DNA of 64,000 nucleotides, from positions 128,001-192,000 of the forward strand of contig CAWBHS010000062.1 of NCBI GenBank assembly GCA_963788655.1. The letters are read 5' to 3'. The notes below the pieces were generated by a model. The model saw nothing but the letters and a program-made list of their open reading frames with translations. It was not told the origin of the DNA and did no database searches. Origin of the DNA: an uncultured Verrucomicrobiae bacterium (GTDB lineage: Bacteria; Verrucomicrobiota; Verrucomicrobiia; Limisphaerales; JAFGQR01). Both the position numbers and the translations under genes were made by a program. The stretch's first letter is position 1. Every line of letters starts with the position of its first letter. This document shows positions 10,211-19,411 of this stretch, one piece after another.

Positions 10211-11265
10211 ATCTCCGCGCCCGCATCACCCTGTGGCACAGCGCGATCCTGCTGATTTCGCTGATGGTGATGGCGGGGGTGTTTCATTACGAATTGCAGG
10301 AAAACCGGCAGGCCTTGCGCGCAGGAGAACCTCTGGAACCTTCGTGGGAGGAAACCGGTGAGTTCGTGTTGTATTTCGGCTTGCCCACCGCGCTGTTGCT
10401 GCTGGCCGGTGGCGCCTGGTTTATTCGCCGCTCGCTGCAACCGGTGGCCCGCTTGACCGAAGCCGCCGAGCGCATTCAACTCCACCACTTGCAGGAACGC
10501 CTGCCACCCACCGGCACCGGCGACGAACTGGATCGGCTGACCCAGGTCTTCAACGCCATGACCGTCCGCTTGCGCGAATCCTTCGACCGGGTTCGCGAAT
10601 TCACCCTGCACGCGTCGCACGAAATTAAAACGCCCCTAACCATCATGCGCGGCGAACTAGAGAGCGCCTTGCGCGAGGAGGACGATCCGCCGTCCCAGCG
10701 TGACCTCCTCGCCAACCTGCTCGACGAAGTCAATCGCCTCGCCAAAGTTGTCGATGGGCTCAGTCTCCTGGCCAAGGCGGATGCCGGCCAGTTGGTGCTG
10801 CACCGGGAGCAGGTGCAACTTGCCGAACTGGTACAAGACAGCTTTGCGGACGCCCAGGTGCTCGCGCAGCATTCCGGTATCGCGGTGAAACTGAGCCGGT
10901 GTGATCCCGCGCTCGTGCAGGCGGACCGCCACCGTCTGCGCCAATTGCTGCTGAACCTCACCGATAACGCCATCAAGTACAACCAGCCACACGGCCGCGT
11001 GGAGATGGCGCTGACGCGCAACGGCGAGTCGGTTGAGCTCACGTTTACCAACACCGGGCCGGGCATCCCGCCGCACACCCTCCCGCGCGTGTTCGACCGA
11101 TTCTTCCGTGGCGACCTCGCCCATGGCAGTGAGGTCGAAGGCTGCGGATTGGGCCTCACAATCGTCCAATGGATTGTCAAGGCCCATGGCGGCACGATCC
11201 ACCTGGCCTCGGAACCAAATCGCTTGACGACGATCACCGTGCGGTTGCCCATGGGCTCGCAGTGA
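10207..11265 (+). CDS. HAMP-domain sensor histidine kinase
   Basis: Two TM helices, HAMP, ASHEIKTPL H-box, NLTDNAIKY N-box, GPGI, GCGLGL; ATGA overlap with regulator. Confidence 0.95.
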   Translation: MNLRARITLWHSAILLISLMVMAGVFHYELQENRQALRAGEPLEPSWEETGEFVLYFGLPTALLLLAGGAWFIRRSLQPVARLTEAAERIQLHHLQERLPPTGTGDELDRLTQVFNAMTVRLRESFDRVREFTLHASHEIKTPLTIMRGELESALREEDDPPSQRDLLANLLDEVNRLAKVVDGLSLLAKADAGQLVLHREQVQLAELVQDSFADAQVLAQHSGIAVKLSRCDPALVQADRHRLRQLLLNLTDNAIKYNQPHGRVEMALTRNGESVELTFTNTGPGIPPHTLPRVFDRFFRGDLAHGSEVEGCGLGLTIVQWIVKAHGGTIHLASEPNRLTTITVRLPMGSQ

Positions 11266-11390
11266 GGTTCATGCGGAAGTGACGACAAACGCTCTCCAGG
11301 ATGTGATTGCAACCGCAGCTTTTGCGAAGCACTTTCATCAAATGGAAGGCACGGATTCGCGGTGCCACTTGCGAGGGAATAGGGTTGGCT

Positions 11391-11418
11391 AAGCCGGTCT
11401 GAACCGGCTTTTTCATTT
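11391..11418 (+). terminator. intrinsic terminator after the two-component operon
   Basis: AAGCCGGT-ctga-ACCGGCTT followed by TTTCATTT. Confidence 0.6.
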
Positions 11419-11420
11419 CG

Positions 11421-11434
11421 TTGACACGGGTCAA
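11421..11434. promoter_or_regulatory. CRP/FNR-family-like palindrome TTGAC-N4-GTCAA
   Basis: TTGACACGGGTCAA about 75 bp upstream of the cupin gene. Confidence 0.5.
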
Positions 11435-11508
11435 ATATCATTGCCTTGACTGGGTTAGATTGAAGACAGTCATTTGAATAAAAACCGGAACTCACGACCA
11501 AATTGTTT

Positions 11509-11853
11509 ATGGAATATGATGCCATTCCCAGCCCCAACCCGCTACTGGCCCGCGCCGGTCAACCGGGCGACCTCGCGCAATACCAGACCGGGGCGGTGGT
11601 CAGCCGCGAAATTTTGAAGAAGCCAACCGGTTCGGTGACCGTCTTTGCTTTTGACGCTGACCAGGGATTGAGCGAACACACCGCTCCGTTTGACGCGCTG
11701 GTCAGCGTGTTGGAAGGCGAGGTCGAGATCACCATCGCCGGCAACGCCCACCGCGTTAAAGCAGGCGAAATGATCATCATGCCCGCCGGCCAACCGCACG
11801 CCCTCCAGGCCATGACGCGCTTCAAGATGGTCCTGACGATGATTCGGTCGTAA
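11509..11853 (+). CDS. cupin domain protein
   Basis: VFAFDADQGLSEHTAPFDA.V.VLEG...G...IMPA..PHAL. Confidence 0.9.
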   Translation: MEYDAIPSPNPLLARAGQPGDLAQYQTGAVVSREILKKPTGSVTVFAFDADQGLSEHTAPFDALVSVLEGEVEITIAGNAHRVKAGEMIIMPAGQPHALQAMTRFKMVLTMIRS

Positions 11854-11948
11854 CGCAGATTTTCAATCTGCGGTATCGTGGACTTGAAGTCCGCCGGGTA
11901 TGGACAGCGTGTGGCCCTGCCGAAATTCTGCACGACTGACCTCCAACG

Positions 11949-12049
11949 AAAGCGAGAACAAGCTCCACGCACCAAACGCTTCGCGACCTTCAATCGTCCA
12001 ATGGGATGTCGCGTCAGCGTTTGGAGTGCGTCCGGCTTGCCGACGCTTT
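11949..12049. repeat. family C repeats (tail-to-tail)
   Basis: AAAGCGAGAACAAGCTCCACGCACCAAACGCTTCGCGAC and GTCGCGTCAGCGTTTGGAGTGCGTCCGGCTTGCCGACGCTTT. Confidence 0.75.
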
Positions 12050-12210
12050 CGTCCGCAGGTTGGCGTGGCAAGTTGGACGGACCGACCAAAAAAACCTCCC
12101 GCTTTTGTTTTTTGGCGGCTGCCGATCGTGACGGCTCACTTGGCGAATCACCTTCGACTTTGTCGCTTTCTCATCGGCCTTCACCAGACGAACGCTTTGT
12201 TGCGGGAGCC

Positions 12211-12291
12211 CCGACAGGGACGGCACGATACTAGCCCAGGGCGGCGCTCGTGCCTCGCTTGCCCTGGGTTAGTATCGCATCGTCCCTTCGG
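12211..12291. repeat. long imperfect hairpin
   Basis: CGATACTAGCCCAGGGC pairs with GCCCTGGGTTAGTATCG (16/17), extended by AGGGACG/CGTCCCT. Confidence 0.65.
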
Positions 12292-12500
12292 CACTTCAGT
12301 TTCGCTCGCAGAGTTCACCTATTCCGGTCGAACAAAAGATTCGCCCCAGCCGCGCTCAAAGTTACCGCGGAAAAAATTCCCTCCCCCAAAACGCAAGTTT
12401 CCCATGCCACTTGCGCGGCATGGGAAACAGGCGTCAGGGAACCGGGGGTGAATTCGCGAGTAGGGGGAGGCGACCAGCGATTCAGGCCCCGGTCACTTGC

Positions 12501-14327
12501 TCACCAGTAGTGGCCGTTGGTGCCAAACCAGGTGCTCGACGCGTTCTGCCACTGCGGACTGCTGCCACCCCAACCCATATTGCACTTGAAATACTGCGAG
12601 GTGTTGAGCGTGATTCCGAGGAATTTGTACTTCCGCTCGGCGTACCCGTAAGCGAAGGGGTAGTGCCAGTAGAAGCCCAGTCCCACAATCGCCGGCCGGC
12701 CGGATTTGATCGAGCCAATGGCGCGGTTCCGCGAGCCCGGGCTCAAGTACGGCACTCCCCAACTCCAGGAGATGTAATAGCCGGCGCCGCGATGGGCCGC
12801 CCAGTAATGGCCGTTCTTCATGTTCCACGGCATCGTGGCCGCCTGACCGTTGACGCAGAAGGGACCCACGTCACTGAAGACGTACCGGGCGCAATCCCGC
12901 ACGCTGTTGTCGTTGTAAAGTGGCGCATCCGCCCAGGAGGTGTTCTTCAGCAGGCGCGGCGAGCCTTTGCGGTCCCACCACCCATACAACATCGTCCAGG
13001 CCGTCGGACCGCAACCGCTCCAGCCGCCACTACACATCTGCGAATCGTGCCAGAACTGATTGTATCGGCGTTGGTCACCCCAGTTCCCGGCGTACCAATA
13101 GTGCCAGGAGGTCCATCCGGAAGTCGCCAGGTTGAGCGATGCTCCTTTGGCCCCGGCGGGGGTCACCAGCAGGATCAATGTTTCTTTGCTGCCATCGGCA
13201 TACACGACCCGGAGAAGGGTGCCGCCTTCCTGGACGCCCGTGATCCACAGGCCCGGCTTGCCCGGCTCCAGCACCAGCGTCGCCAGACTGGGGTCATCCA
13301 GCGTCGCTGTCTCTACGAGTTGCTTCGCCAGCACTTCTTGGCGTTTCCCCACCGGCACCTGGAGCGAAGGGGGCTCGTTGCCCGTCATCAAGTCCCATTC
13401 GGTCTTGGCCAGCTCAGCGCGACGGTTTCGCAGCTCTTGATAGAGCGGATTCTGGACGATGTCCGTCTTCATTTCGCGGTAGGACTTGTACGGCGACGCG
13501 GGAAACGTCGGCGAGTCGCCGCCCTGTTCATTGCCCTGTTCATCGACCAGGCCTTCGAATTCTTTGCCCGCCAGGGACAAGACTTGGGGATCAATGAAGA
13601 ACGGCTCATTGCCCAGGGTGCCGACGACCTCACCGTTGGCGTCTTCGGCCACCAGGAAACCATTGTCAAAGCGCAATGGCTTGATGGGCCCGTTGCCGCG
13701 AGCTTTGCGCAACAACATTTCCACCGCCGTCGGTCCGCTCTCGGAGAATTCGGCCACCGGGAAATCGCCCGGGGTCACCGACACGAGGATGCGGCCAAAA
13801 TCGCACCGGTTGTCGAAGTTCAGCGGCGGATCGATCGGCAGCGGCTCATCCGGCGGCGGATCGGGAATGGGAATGTGTTTCTTAATCACTTTGAACTCGA
13901 TATAGGTGAGCGTCTTGCCGAGATCGACCGCGGGATCGTACATGGGATAACAGACTGGGCCCAACTCAACGTCCTGCCAGCCACCTTCCTGATCGCCGCC
14001 GTCGCTTTCCGCATCTTCCAACAAGGTGTCGCGCAGGAATTGTTGGGCGATATCGACCGCCAGGGGCGGGGCGTCGGACAGAAGCATCGCCGCGGTGAAA
14101 CCGGCGTTCTGTTCGCCATTGATCTTGATCCGATAAAACGCCTTGGGATCATTCGTGTTTTGCAGAATACCACCCGAGGTGGTCAGGAGCGTTTCGTCCA
14201 CGGGAACCGCGTTCCAGGTTTTCATATCGGTGGACCGTTGCAATTCGAGGACGGCCATACCCGCCCGAACATTCGGAGCCAACAGCAGACTCACGCCGAT
14301 AAAGAGGGAGTACCATATTTTTTTCAT
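12501..14327 (-). CDS. secreted papain-fold cysteine peptidase (C10/streptopain-like C-terminal domain)
   Basis: Signal peptide; SGCGPTAW (Cys), GRPAIV...WHY..AYGY (His), CNMGWGG (Asn) match the streptopain-type layout; long N-terminal pro-region. Confidence 0.75.
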   Translation of the reverse strand: MKKIWYSLFIGVSLLLAPNVRAGMAVLELQRSTDMKTWNAVPVDETLLTTSGGILQNTNDPKAFYRIKINGEQNAGFTAAMLLSDAPPLAVDIAQQFLRDTLLEDAESDGGDQEGGWQDVELGPVCYPMYDPAVDLGKTLTYIEFKVIKKHIPIPDPPPDEPLPIDPPLNFDNRCDFGRILVSVTPGDFPVAEFSESGPTAVEMLLRKARGNGPIKPLRFDNGFLVAEDANGEVVGTLGNEPFFIDPQVLSLAGKEFEGLVDEQGNEQGGDSPTFPASPYKSYREMKTDIVQNPLYQELRNRRAELAKTEWDLMTGNEPPSLQVPVGKRQEVLAKQLVETATLDDPSLATLVLEPGKPGLWITGVQEGGTLLRVVYADGSKETLILLVTPAGAKGASLNLATSGWTSWHYWYAGNWGDQRRYNQFWHDSQMCSGGWSGCGPTAWTMLYGWWDRKGSPRLLKNTSWADAPLYNDNSVRDCARYVFSDVGPFCVNGQAATMPWNMKNGHYWAAHRGAGYYISWSWGVPYLSPGSRNRAIGSIKSGRPAIVGLGFYWHYPFAYGYAERKYKFLGITLNTSQYFKCNMGWGGSSPQWQNASSTWFGTNGHYW

Positions 14328-14622
14328 ACGTCATTCGTTTTCGTTTGTTTTCTAAACAGAGGTTGCACGCCACCCCGCCGTCCACGGGCCGTTCCGCACT
14401 CGCGGATCCGCCGGCCATTCGGGCAGTGCATCTGGAACTGCCGGCTGAGCGGATTGGCCCCGGTGACGGAGCGGTAAGCCAACTTCGGCTTACACGGGTT
14501 ACAGAAGTTTTTGCGAAGAGGTATTACAGGGCAGGTGATGAAAAGTTTTCGCGCTTAGATTGCACTTCCGGCAGCCGACGTTACCATTCTCCACCAAGCT
14601 GCCGGTGAACGCTTTCGTAGCC

Positions 14623-14739
14623 GTAGGACAGGCGTCTCGCCGGTCTCGAACTTCCAAGTGGCGCTCATTCTTTCAACGAGCGACAACCAACCAGTGGACG
14701 CCTTTGGGACTTTCGCGACCGTCGGTACGGCTCTCCTAT
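14623..14739. repeat. degenerate family B doublet
   Basis: GTAGGACAGGCGTCTCGCCGGTC ... GACCGTCGGTACGGCTCTCCTAT. Confidence 0.65.
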
Positions 14740-14797
14740 GTTGGTTGTTGAATCGCCGCCTGAATGGTTCGCACCGCTCGCGACCCGAACGGTTCGA

Positions 14798-16123
14798 TTA
14801 CTTCCTCCGTTTCGTCCACACGTAGCGGAACATGATCACCCGCAGCGCCGCCGTCAGCGGAATGGCGAGGATGCCACCCAGGATGCCGCCCAGCAACGTG
14901 GTGCCCACCATCAGGGCGATGATGATCGTCACCGGGTGCAGGCCCACTTTGTCGCCCATGATCTTGGGCGAGATGACCACGCTCTCGAGCGTTTGCACCA
15001 CCGTGAACACGGCGCACACCATCAACGGATGCTGCCAGTCCCCGTGCTGCACCACCGCCAGCAGCATCGCCAGTACGAAGGTGATGATGGCGCCGAGGAA
15101 CGGGATGATGGTCAAAAGCGTGGCCAGCGCCCCCAACAGCACCGCGTAGGGCAGACCGATAATGATGAAGCCAATCGTGTACAGCACGCCGTCGCAGATC
15201 GCCACCAGCACCTGACCACGGAAGAACGCGATCAAGTAGTCATTGATCGATCCGAGCACGAACACCAGTTCATCTTTGAACTCGGATTTGGCGACCGGCA
15301 AATAGTCGGTCCACTTGTCGTGAATGCCCTTCTTCTCCCAGAGGAAATAGAAGGAGTAGATCGGGATCAGTGCCAATCCGGCCAGCGTGCCCAATAGCGC
15401 CGCGACTTTGCTTGCCTGGCCAAAGAGCCAGGAGCCGACTGTCGGCAGAATTCGCGCCAGCCAATTGCCGACCGTTTGCAGGGTCTGCTTGTCCAGGGCG
15501 CGGCTCAAAAAGGACTCTTTTCCCGCGGGGCTCGAGGCCGCCGCCGCATTGGTGCCGTTGTTGACGACGGTGGATGGCGCATTGCTCAAGACCAGGATGT
15601 TGGAGGCGGCGCTCGCAGCATTGCTCCCAGCAAAGCTGTTAGTGATGATGCCTACGACATTCGTATCGATCGGAGCGTTGGTGCCCGAGGCTTCTGTTCC
15701 TTCGGTACCCAACAATTTGCGGATCAGAGCCGGTGGATTGTTGACCCACGTCTCGATCCGCTTTTGCAACTTTTCAGTGTAAGTCGGAATGCCGCGGACG
15801 AGATCCCCCGTCTCCACGATGATCTGCGGAACCACGCTTCCGAAATATCCCAGCACCACTACCAGCGCCATCGCGAAGACAAAGATGACAGCGCGGTGCC
15901 GCGGAACCTTCTTTCGCTCCAGCCAATCCACCACCGGATCGAGCAAGTAAGCCACCACGCCCGCCACCGCAATCGGCAAAATCACCGGCGCCAGGATGCG
16001 GATTACCTGCCCCAGTCCCCATCCCAACGCCACGACCAACGCCACCAACACCGCGATGGCCAGGCCGGTCAACGCCGCCCAGATGATGCGCGCTTGCTTT
16101 TGCGTGGGTGGCGGAAAGTCCAT
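14798..16123 (-). CDS. AI-2E family transporter
   Basis: AYLLDPVVDWLER, FFRGQ, IIPFLGA, Q.LES.VISPKIMG..VGLHP, GILAIP. Confidence 0.92.
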   Translation of the reverse strand: MDFPPPTQKQARIIWAALTGLAIAVLVALVVALGWGLGQVIRILAPVILPIAVAGVVAYLLDPVVDWLERKKVPRHRAVIFVFAMALVVVLGYFGSVVPQIIVETGDLVRGIPTYTEKLQKRIETWVNNPPALIRKLLGTEGTEASGTNAPIDTNVVGIITNSFAGSNAASAASNILVLSNAPSTVVNNGTNAAAASSPAGKESFLSRALDKQTLQTVGNWLARILPTVGSWLFGQASKVAALLGTLAGLALIPIYSFYFLWEKKGIHDKWTDYLPVAKSEFKDELVFVLGSINDYLIAFFRGQVLVAICDGVLYTIGFIIIGLPYAVLLGALATLLTIIPFLGAIITFVLAMLLAVVQHGDWQHPLMVCAVFTVVQTLESVVISPKIMGDKVGLHPVTIIIALMVGTTLLGGILGGILAIPLTAALRVIMFRYVWTKRRK

Positions 16124-16165
16124 TCGTTGGGAAAGTTCGTCGCTGGTTTCAGATTTACGGAAAAT

Positions 16166-16981
16166 TTAGGCGCTGCCCAATCGCTTCGATTTTTCGGTCG
16201 CGGCCCGAACGGCATTGATGAGCGCCCCCCGCACACCCGCCTTCTCCAGCTCGTGCAACCCTTCAATGGTCGTGCCGCCGGGGCTGGTGACCATGTCTTT
16301 GAGGGCGCCGGGATGTTGCCCGGTTTCCAACACCATCTTGGCGCTACCCAACAGTGTTTGCGCTGCCAGTTGCGTGGCGATCTCCCGGGGCAGCCCGGCC
16401 GCCACCCCGCCGTCACTGAGCGCCTCGATGAGCAAAAACGCATACGCCGGCCCGCTTCCGCTCAAGCCGGTGACAGCATCCAGGAGCGGTTCTTTGACCG
16501 CAAACGCCACGCCCACGGCTGCCAAAAGCTGCTGCACCAATTGGGCGTCCGCCGGCGTGGCCGCAGTGCCGAGCGCATAAGCGCACGCGGCGGCGCCCAC
16601 CAAGGCCGGGGTGTTGGGCATCACGCGAACGACCCGGGCCGAATCGCCCAGGCCATCTTCGAGGCGCGCAATGGGCACTCCAGCGGCAATGGAGACGAGC
16701 AAGTGCGTCGGGGTGAATTGGCTGCGTATGTCCGCCAACACTTCGGCAACCTGCGCGGGCTTGACCGCGAGCACAAGGACGTTGGCAAATTGGACGACCT
16801 CGGAATTGGACCGGCTGGCTCGCGCGCCCAAAGCTTGATTGAACGCAGCGACGGCGTCGTCGGCGCAATCGCTGGCCATCAGTTGGTCCGCTTGGACCAA
16901 ACCTGCGTGGACAAATCCTTTGGCGAGGGCGGTGGCCATTTTGCCGGCGCCCACAAAGCCGATCTTCAAACCGGAAATCAT
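16166..16981 (-). CDS. proC: pyrroline-5-carboxylate reductase
   Basis: IGFVGAGKMA, LAVKP, SIAAG, RVMPNTP, GLSGSGPAY, VTSPGGTT. Confidence 0.98.
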   Translation of the reverse strand: MISGLKIGFVGAGKMATALAKGFVHAGLVQADQLMASDCADDAVAAFNQALGARASRSNSEVVQFANVLVLAVKPAQVAEVLADIRSQFTPTHLLVSIAAGVPIARLEDGLGDSARVVRVMPNTPALVGAAACAYALGTAATPADAQLVQQLLAAVGVAFAVKEPLLDAVTGLSGSGPAYAFLLIEALSDGGVAAGLPREIATQLAAQTLLGSAKMVLETGQHPGALKDMVTSPGGTTIEGLHELEKAGVRGALINAVRAATEKSKRLGSA

Positions 16982-17118
16982 GCGCGGCGTTGTAACACCT
17001 CGTCGCCCGAAGCAAAAGGCAAAAGCGCAGGCAGGAACCGGGTCCAGGATATCGGGAAGTTATTGGCGGCGATGGCGGAGCCGATTTTGACGGCGAGTTT
17101 ATCGAAGCCTTTGAGGTC

Positions 17119-17190
17119 TGTAGCCGCCGACGTGAGGAGGCGGAGCACGGGAAGAGGTATCAGGTCCGCCTCGTTACGTCGGCGGCTACA
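17119..17190. repeat. REP-like inverted doublet, family A (GTAGCMGCCGACGTRAGGAGGC)
   Basis: TGTAGCCGCCGACGTGAGGAGGCGGA ... TCCGCCTCGTTACGTCGGCGGCTACA. Confidence 0.85.
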
Positions 17191-17307
17191 ACGAGTGTGG
17201 AATGCTGGGGCTAGACCCAACCAACAAATCGCCGGCGGAACGCCGCCTGCTTCCGCACTCGAGCTTGGGGCTTGGACATTCTCTGAGCCTTGGTCATTGG
17301 CTATTGG

Positions 17308-18603
17308 TCATTCCTCATGTGCTCGGTCGCGGGGCGAGCGCAGTCGCACGGGCGGCGCATTGGTATCTTTCTCCTTCTTCGTCTTAAAGGCGGACCGGAA
17401 GAGCCAGTGATGCTTCAGGCCTTGCACAAAGGAATCCAAATCCACAATGGCGTGGTCGAGTGAGGTGACGAGGTTGCTGTTGGCTTGGACCTGGGCGTTG
17501 AGGTTGCTGGTGAGATTGGCCAAGTTTTCGAGACTGGTGTTGAGATTGGTGGCCAGTGTGCCCAGGTGGGCGTCCGTGTTGGTGGTGAATTGCCGGGCGG
17601 CGACTAGAGTGGTGTCGGCCGCGGCGAGTGTTTGGGTCAAGTGATTGTTCAAATTCGTCGGAAACAACCAATTGCCCAGCCCGCCCTGCGGATCGCGGAT
17701 TTGCGTCGAGATGAGCGCCAGGTTGGTGACCAGCGGCTGAGCGGTGGCCAGCACGTCATTGGCGCGGGTGGCGGCTTGCGCAGCATTCGTCAGGACGGCA
17801 GCCAATTGATTGGTGAGCCGCAGGACGTTTGGCAGGTTGGTTTGCACCAGATTAACCATGGTTTCCAGACGCTCGGTCAGGGCGGGGGATTCCCTCGGTT
17901 CCAGGAAATAACCTTTGGTTTTCTGGTCATAAGGTATGTAACGGCGCAGCGAGGTGGACCACATTCCGGTGGGCTCTTGAGTGTCTTCCTGGGTGTGAAT
18001 GATCCAAATGGTATTGGTGCCCAGCGCCTCGATCTCGCGCAGCAAGTCCAGGGTCAACGGCCGGCTGGCCCGAATCATCAATCCGTTCGTATCATACAAA
18101 TCCTGCCCGATGGCGATACCGCCTTGCGGGAGCAGCATCGTCACCTGCTTGACCGGGACTTTCTGGTAGGGATGGAACAAATAAGTCGGAACGCCGTCGG
18201 TGCCCTTGGTGACTTCAATGCTGCGATTGCCCAGCAAACCTTCCGGGACAACGCGGGCTTGCGAGTCGTCCCAAAGATACCCGTAGTATGGCTCCCAAAT
18301 CTGAAACCGCACATACACGTCGTAGTACTCACCGGGAGGCATGGGAGTGATCTCGAGGATTTCACCGGCGGCGAAGCCCATCAATTTGACTTTGTCGCCC
18401 ACGTTCAAGCCCTCGGCATTTCTCACAAAGGTAAAATAGGGTAGTTTGAGTAGAAACCACCCTTTGCGGGCGGCCCGTTGATACATGTAATATCCGAGAC
18501 CCGCCAGCATGAGTGCCAGGGCCACCGTCACAAACAACCCGACCAAAAACTCGAGCCGGCTCAGGCGGGTGCGGAGTTGGGGCGTCAAATCTTGTAAAGG
18601 CAT
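17308..18603 (-). CDS. MCE/MlaD family protein
   Basis: N-terminal TM (VGLFV), AEGLNVGDKVKLMG...GEI, GLLG..SIEVT, long C-terminal coiled coil. Confidence 0.85.
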   Translation of the reverse strand: MPLQDLTPQLRTRLSRLEFLVGLFVTVALALMLAGLGYYMYQRAARKGWFLLKLPYFTFVRNAEGLNVGDKVKLMGFAAGEILEITPMPPGEYYDVYVRFQIWEPYYGYLWDDSQARVVPEGLLGNRSIEVTKGTDGVPTYLFHPYQKVPVKQVTMLLPQGGIAIGQDLYDTNGLMIRASRPLTLDLLREIEALGTNTIWIIHTQEDTQEPTGMWSTSLRRYIPYDQKTKGYFLEPRESPALTERLETMVNLVQTNLPNVLRLTNQLAAVLTNAAQAATRANDVLATAQPLVTNLALISTQIRDPQGGLGNWLFPTNLNNHLTQTLAAADTTLVAARQFTTNTDAHLGTLATNLNTSLENLANLTSNLNAQVQANSNLVTSLDHAIVDLDSFVQGLKHHWLFRSAFKTKKEKDTNAPPVRLRSPRDRAHEE

Positions 18604-18607
18604 GGCA

Positions 18608-19411
18608 TCAGCTATTCTTCGTCAGTGGTTGGTCGTCGGCTGAGGGGACAAAGCGACCTGCTTCGAGCATCGCAAATTGTTTGGCATGAGGACGCCAGGG
18701 CCGCAGATCGTCGCCGGTCACCACGACCGCCATGGGGCGGCCATCGGCAATCGGATGCCCGGCGGCCAGACGGGTGACCAGGTTGACCCACCAAGCCGCG
18801 TCCGGCGGATCGAGGCTGCTGAGGGGACTGTCCAATAACAACACTTCCGGTCCCAGCGCCAGGGCCCGAGCCAAGCCGGCGCGTTGCCGGCGAGTGTGGC
18901 TCATGGTGCCCGGGTATTGACTGGCGCAACCCGTCAGCCCGGTCAATTCCAACAGCGCCTCGACGCGGGCGGCGCATGGTTCAAATCGGCAATTGCCATG
19001 GTAGCGAATGGGCAGGGAAATGTTTTCCGCCACGGTCAAGTGGTGCAAAAGCTGGCCGCCGTCGAACACCAGACCAAGGCGCAGCCGGGTGTCCACGCGT
19101 TCCTGTTCGAAGCCGGTGATCGGCTCGATCCCAAAGGCGCGATACGTTCCGTGTGCGGGTGGCAGAATCCCGGCGGCCACCGCCATAAAGTCGCTTTTGC
19201 CGGAAGCGTGCAATCCACCAATCGCCCAGAAATCGCCCGATTGGACCGACCAGTTGACTTCGACCAACACAATCCGCCGAGGATCTGTCAGCGCGGGCAC
19301 GGCCACGTCCACCATTTCCAACAGTGGCCCGCCGGCTTGCGTGGCGCGGGCAGTCGTAAGCTCGTTAACGACCGGTGCGGGCGGGGAGGACAAGGGCGGG
19401 GTGGGGTCCAT
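18608..19411 (-). CDS. ABC ATP-binding protein, MlaF-like, degenerate motifs
   Basis: Walker A GLHASGKS, LTVAENISLP, RQRAGLARALA..PEVLLLDSP; start overlaps permease stop (TGATG). Confidence 0.85.
   Translation of the reverse strand: MDPTPPLSSPPAPVVNELTTARATQAGGPLLEMVDVAVPALTDPRRIVLVEVNWSVQSGDFWAIGGLHASGKSDFMAVAAGILPPAHGTYRAFGIEPITGFEQERVDTRLRLGLVFDGGQLLHHLTVAENISLPIRYHGNCRFEPCAARVEALLELTGLTGCASQYPGTMSHTRRQRAGLARALALGPEVLLLDSPLSSLDPPDAAWWVNLVTRLAAGHPIADGRPMAVVVTGDDLRPWRPHAKQFAMLEAGRFVPSADDQPLTKNS

Noticed and set aside
17260..17312. Short heptamer-like runs (TTGGTCA/TTGGGGC; similar simple repeats near 23040 and 23375-23430)
   Set aside because: Too short and degenerate to support a functional call.
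12411..17410. Long + strand ORFs 12411..14477 and 15476..17410
   Set aside because: Antisense shadows of real genes in GC-rich DNA with no recognisable motifs.
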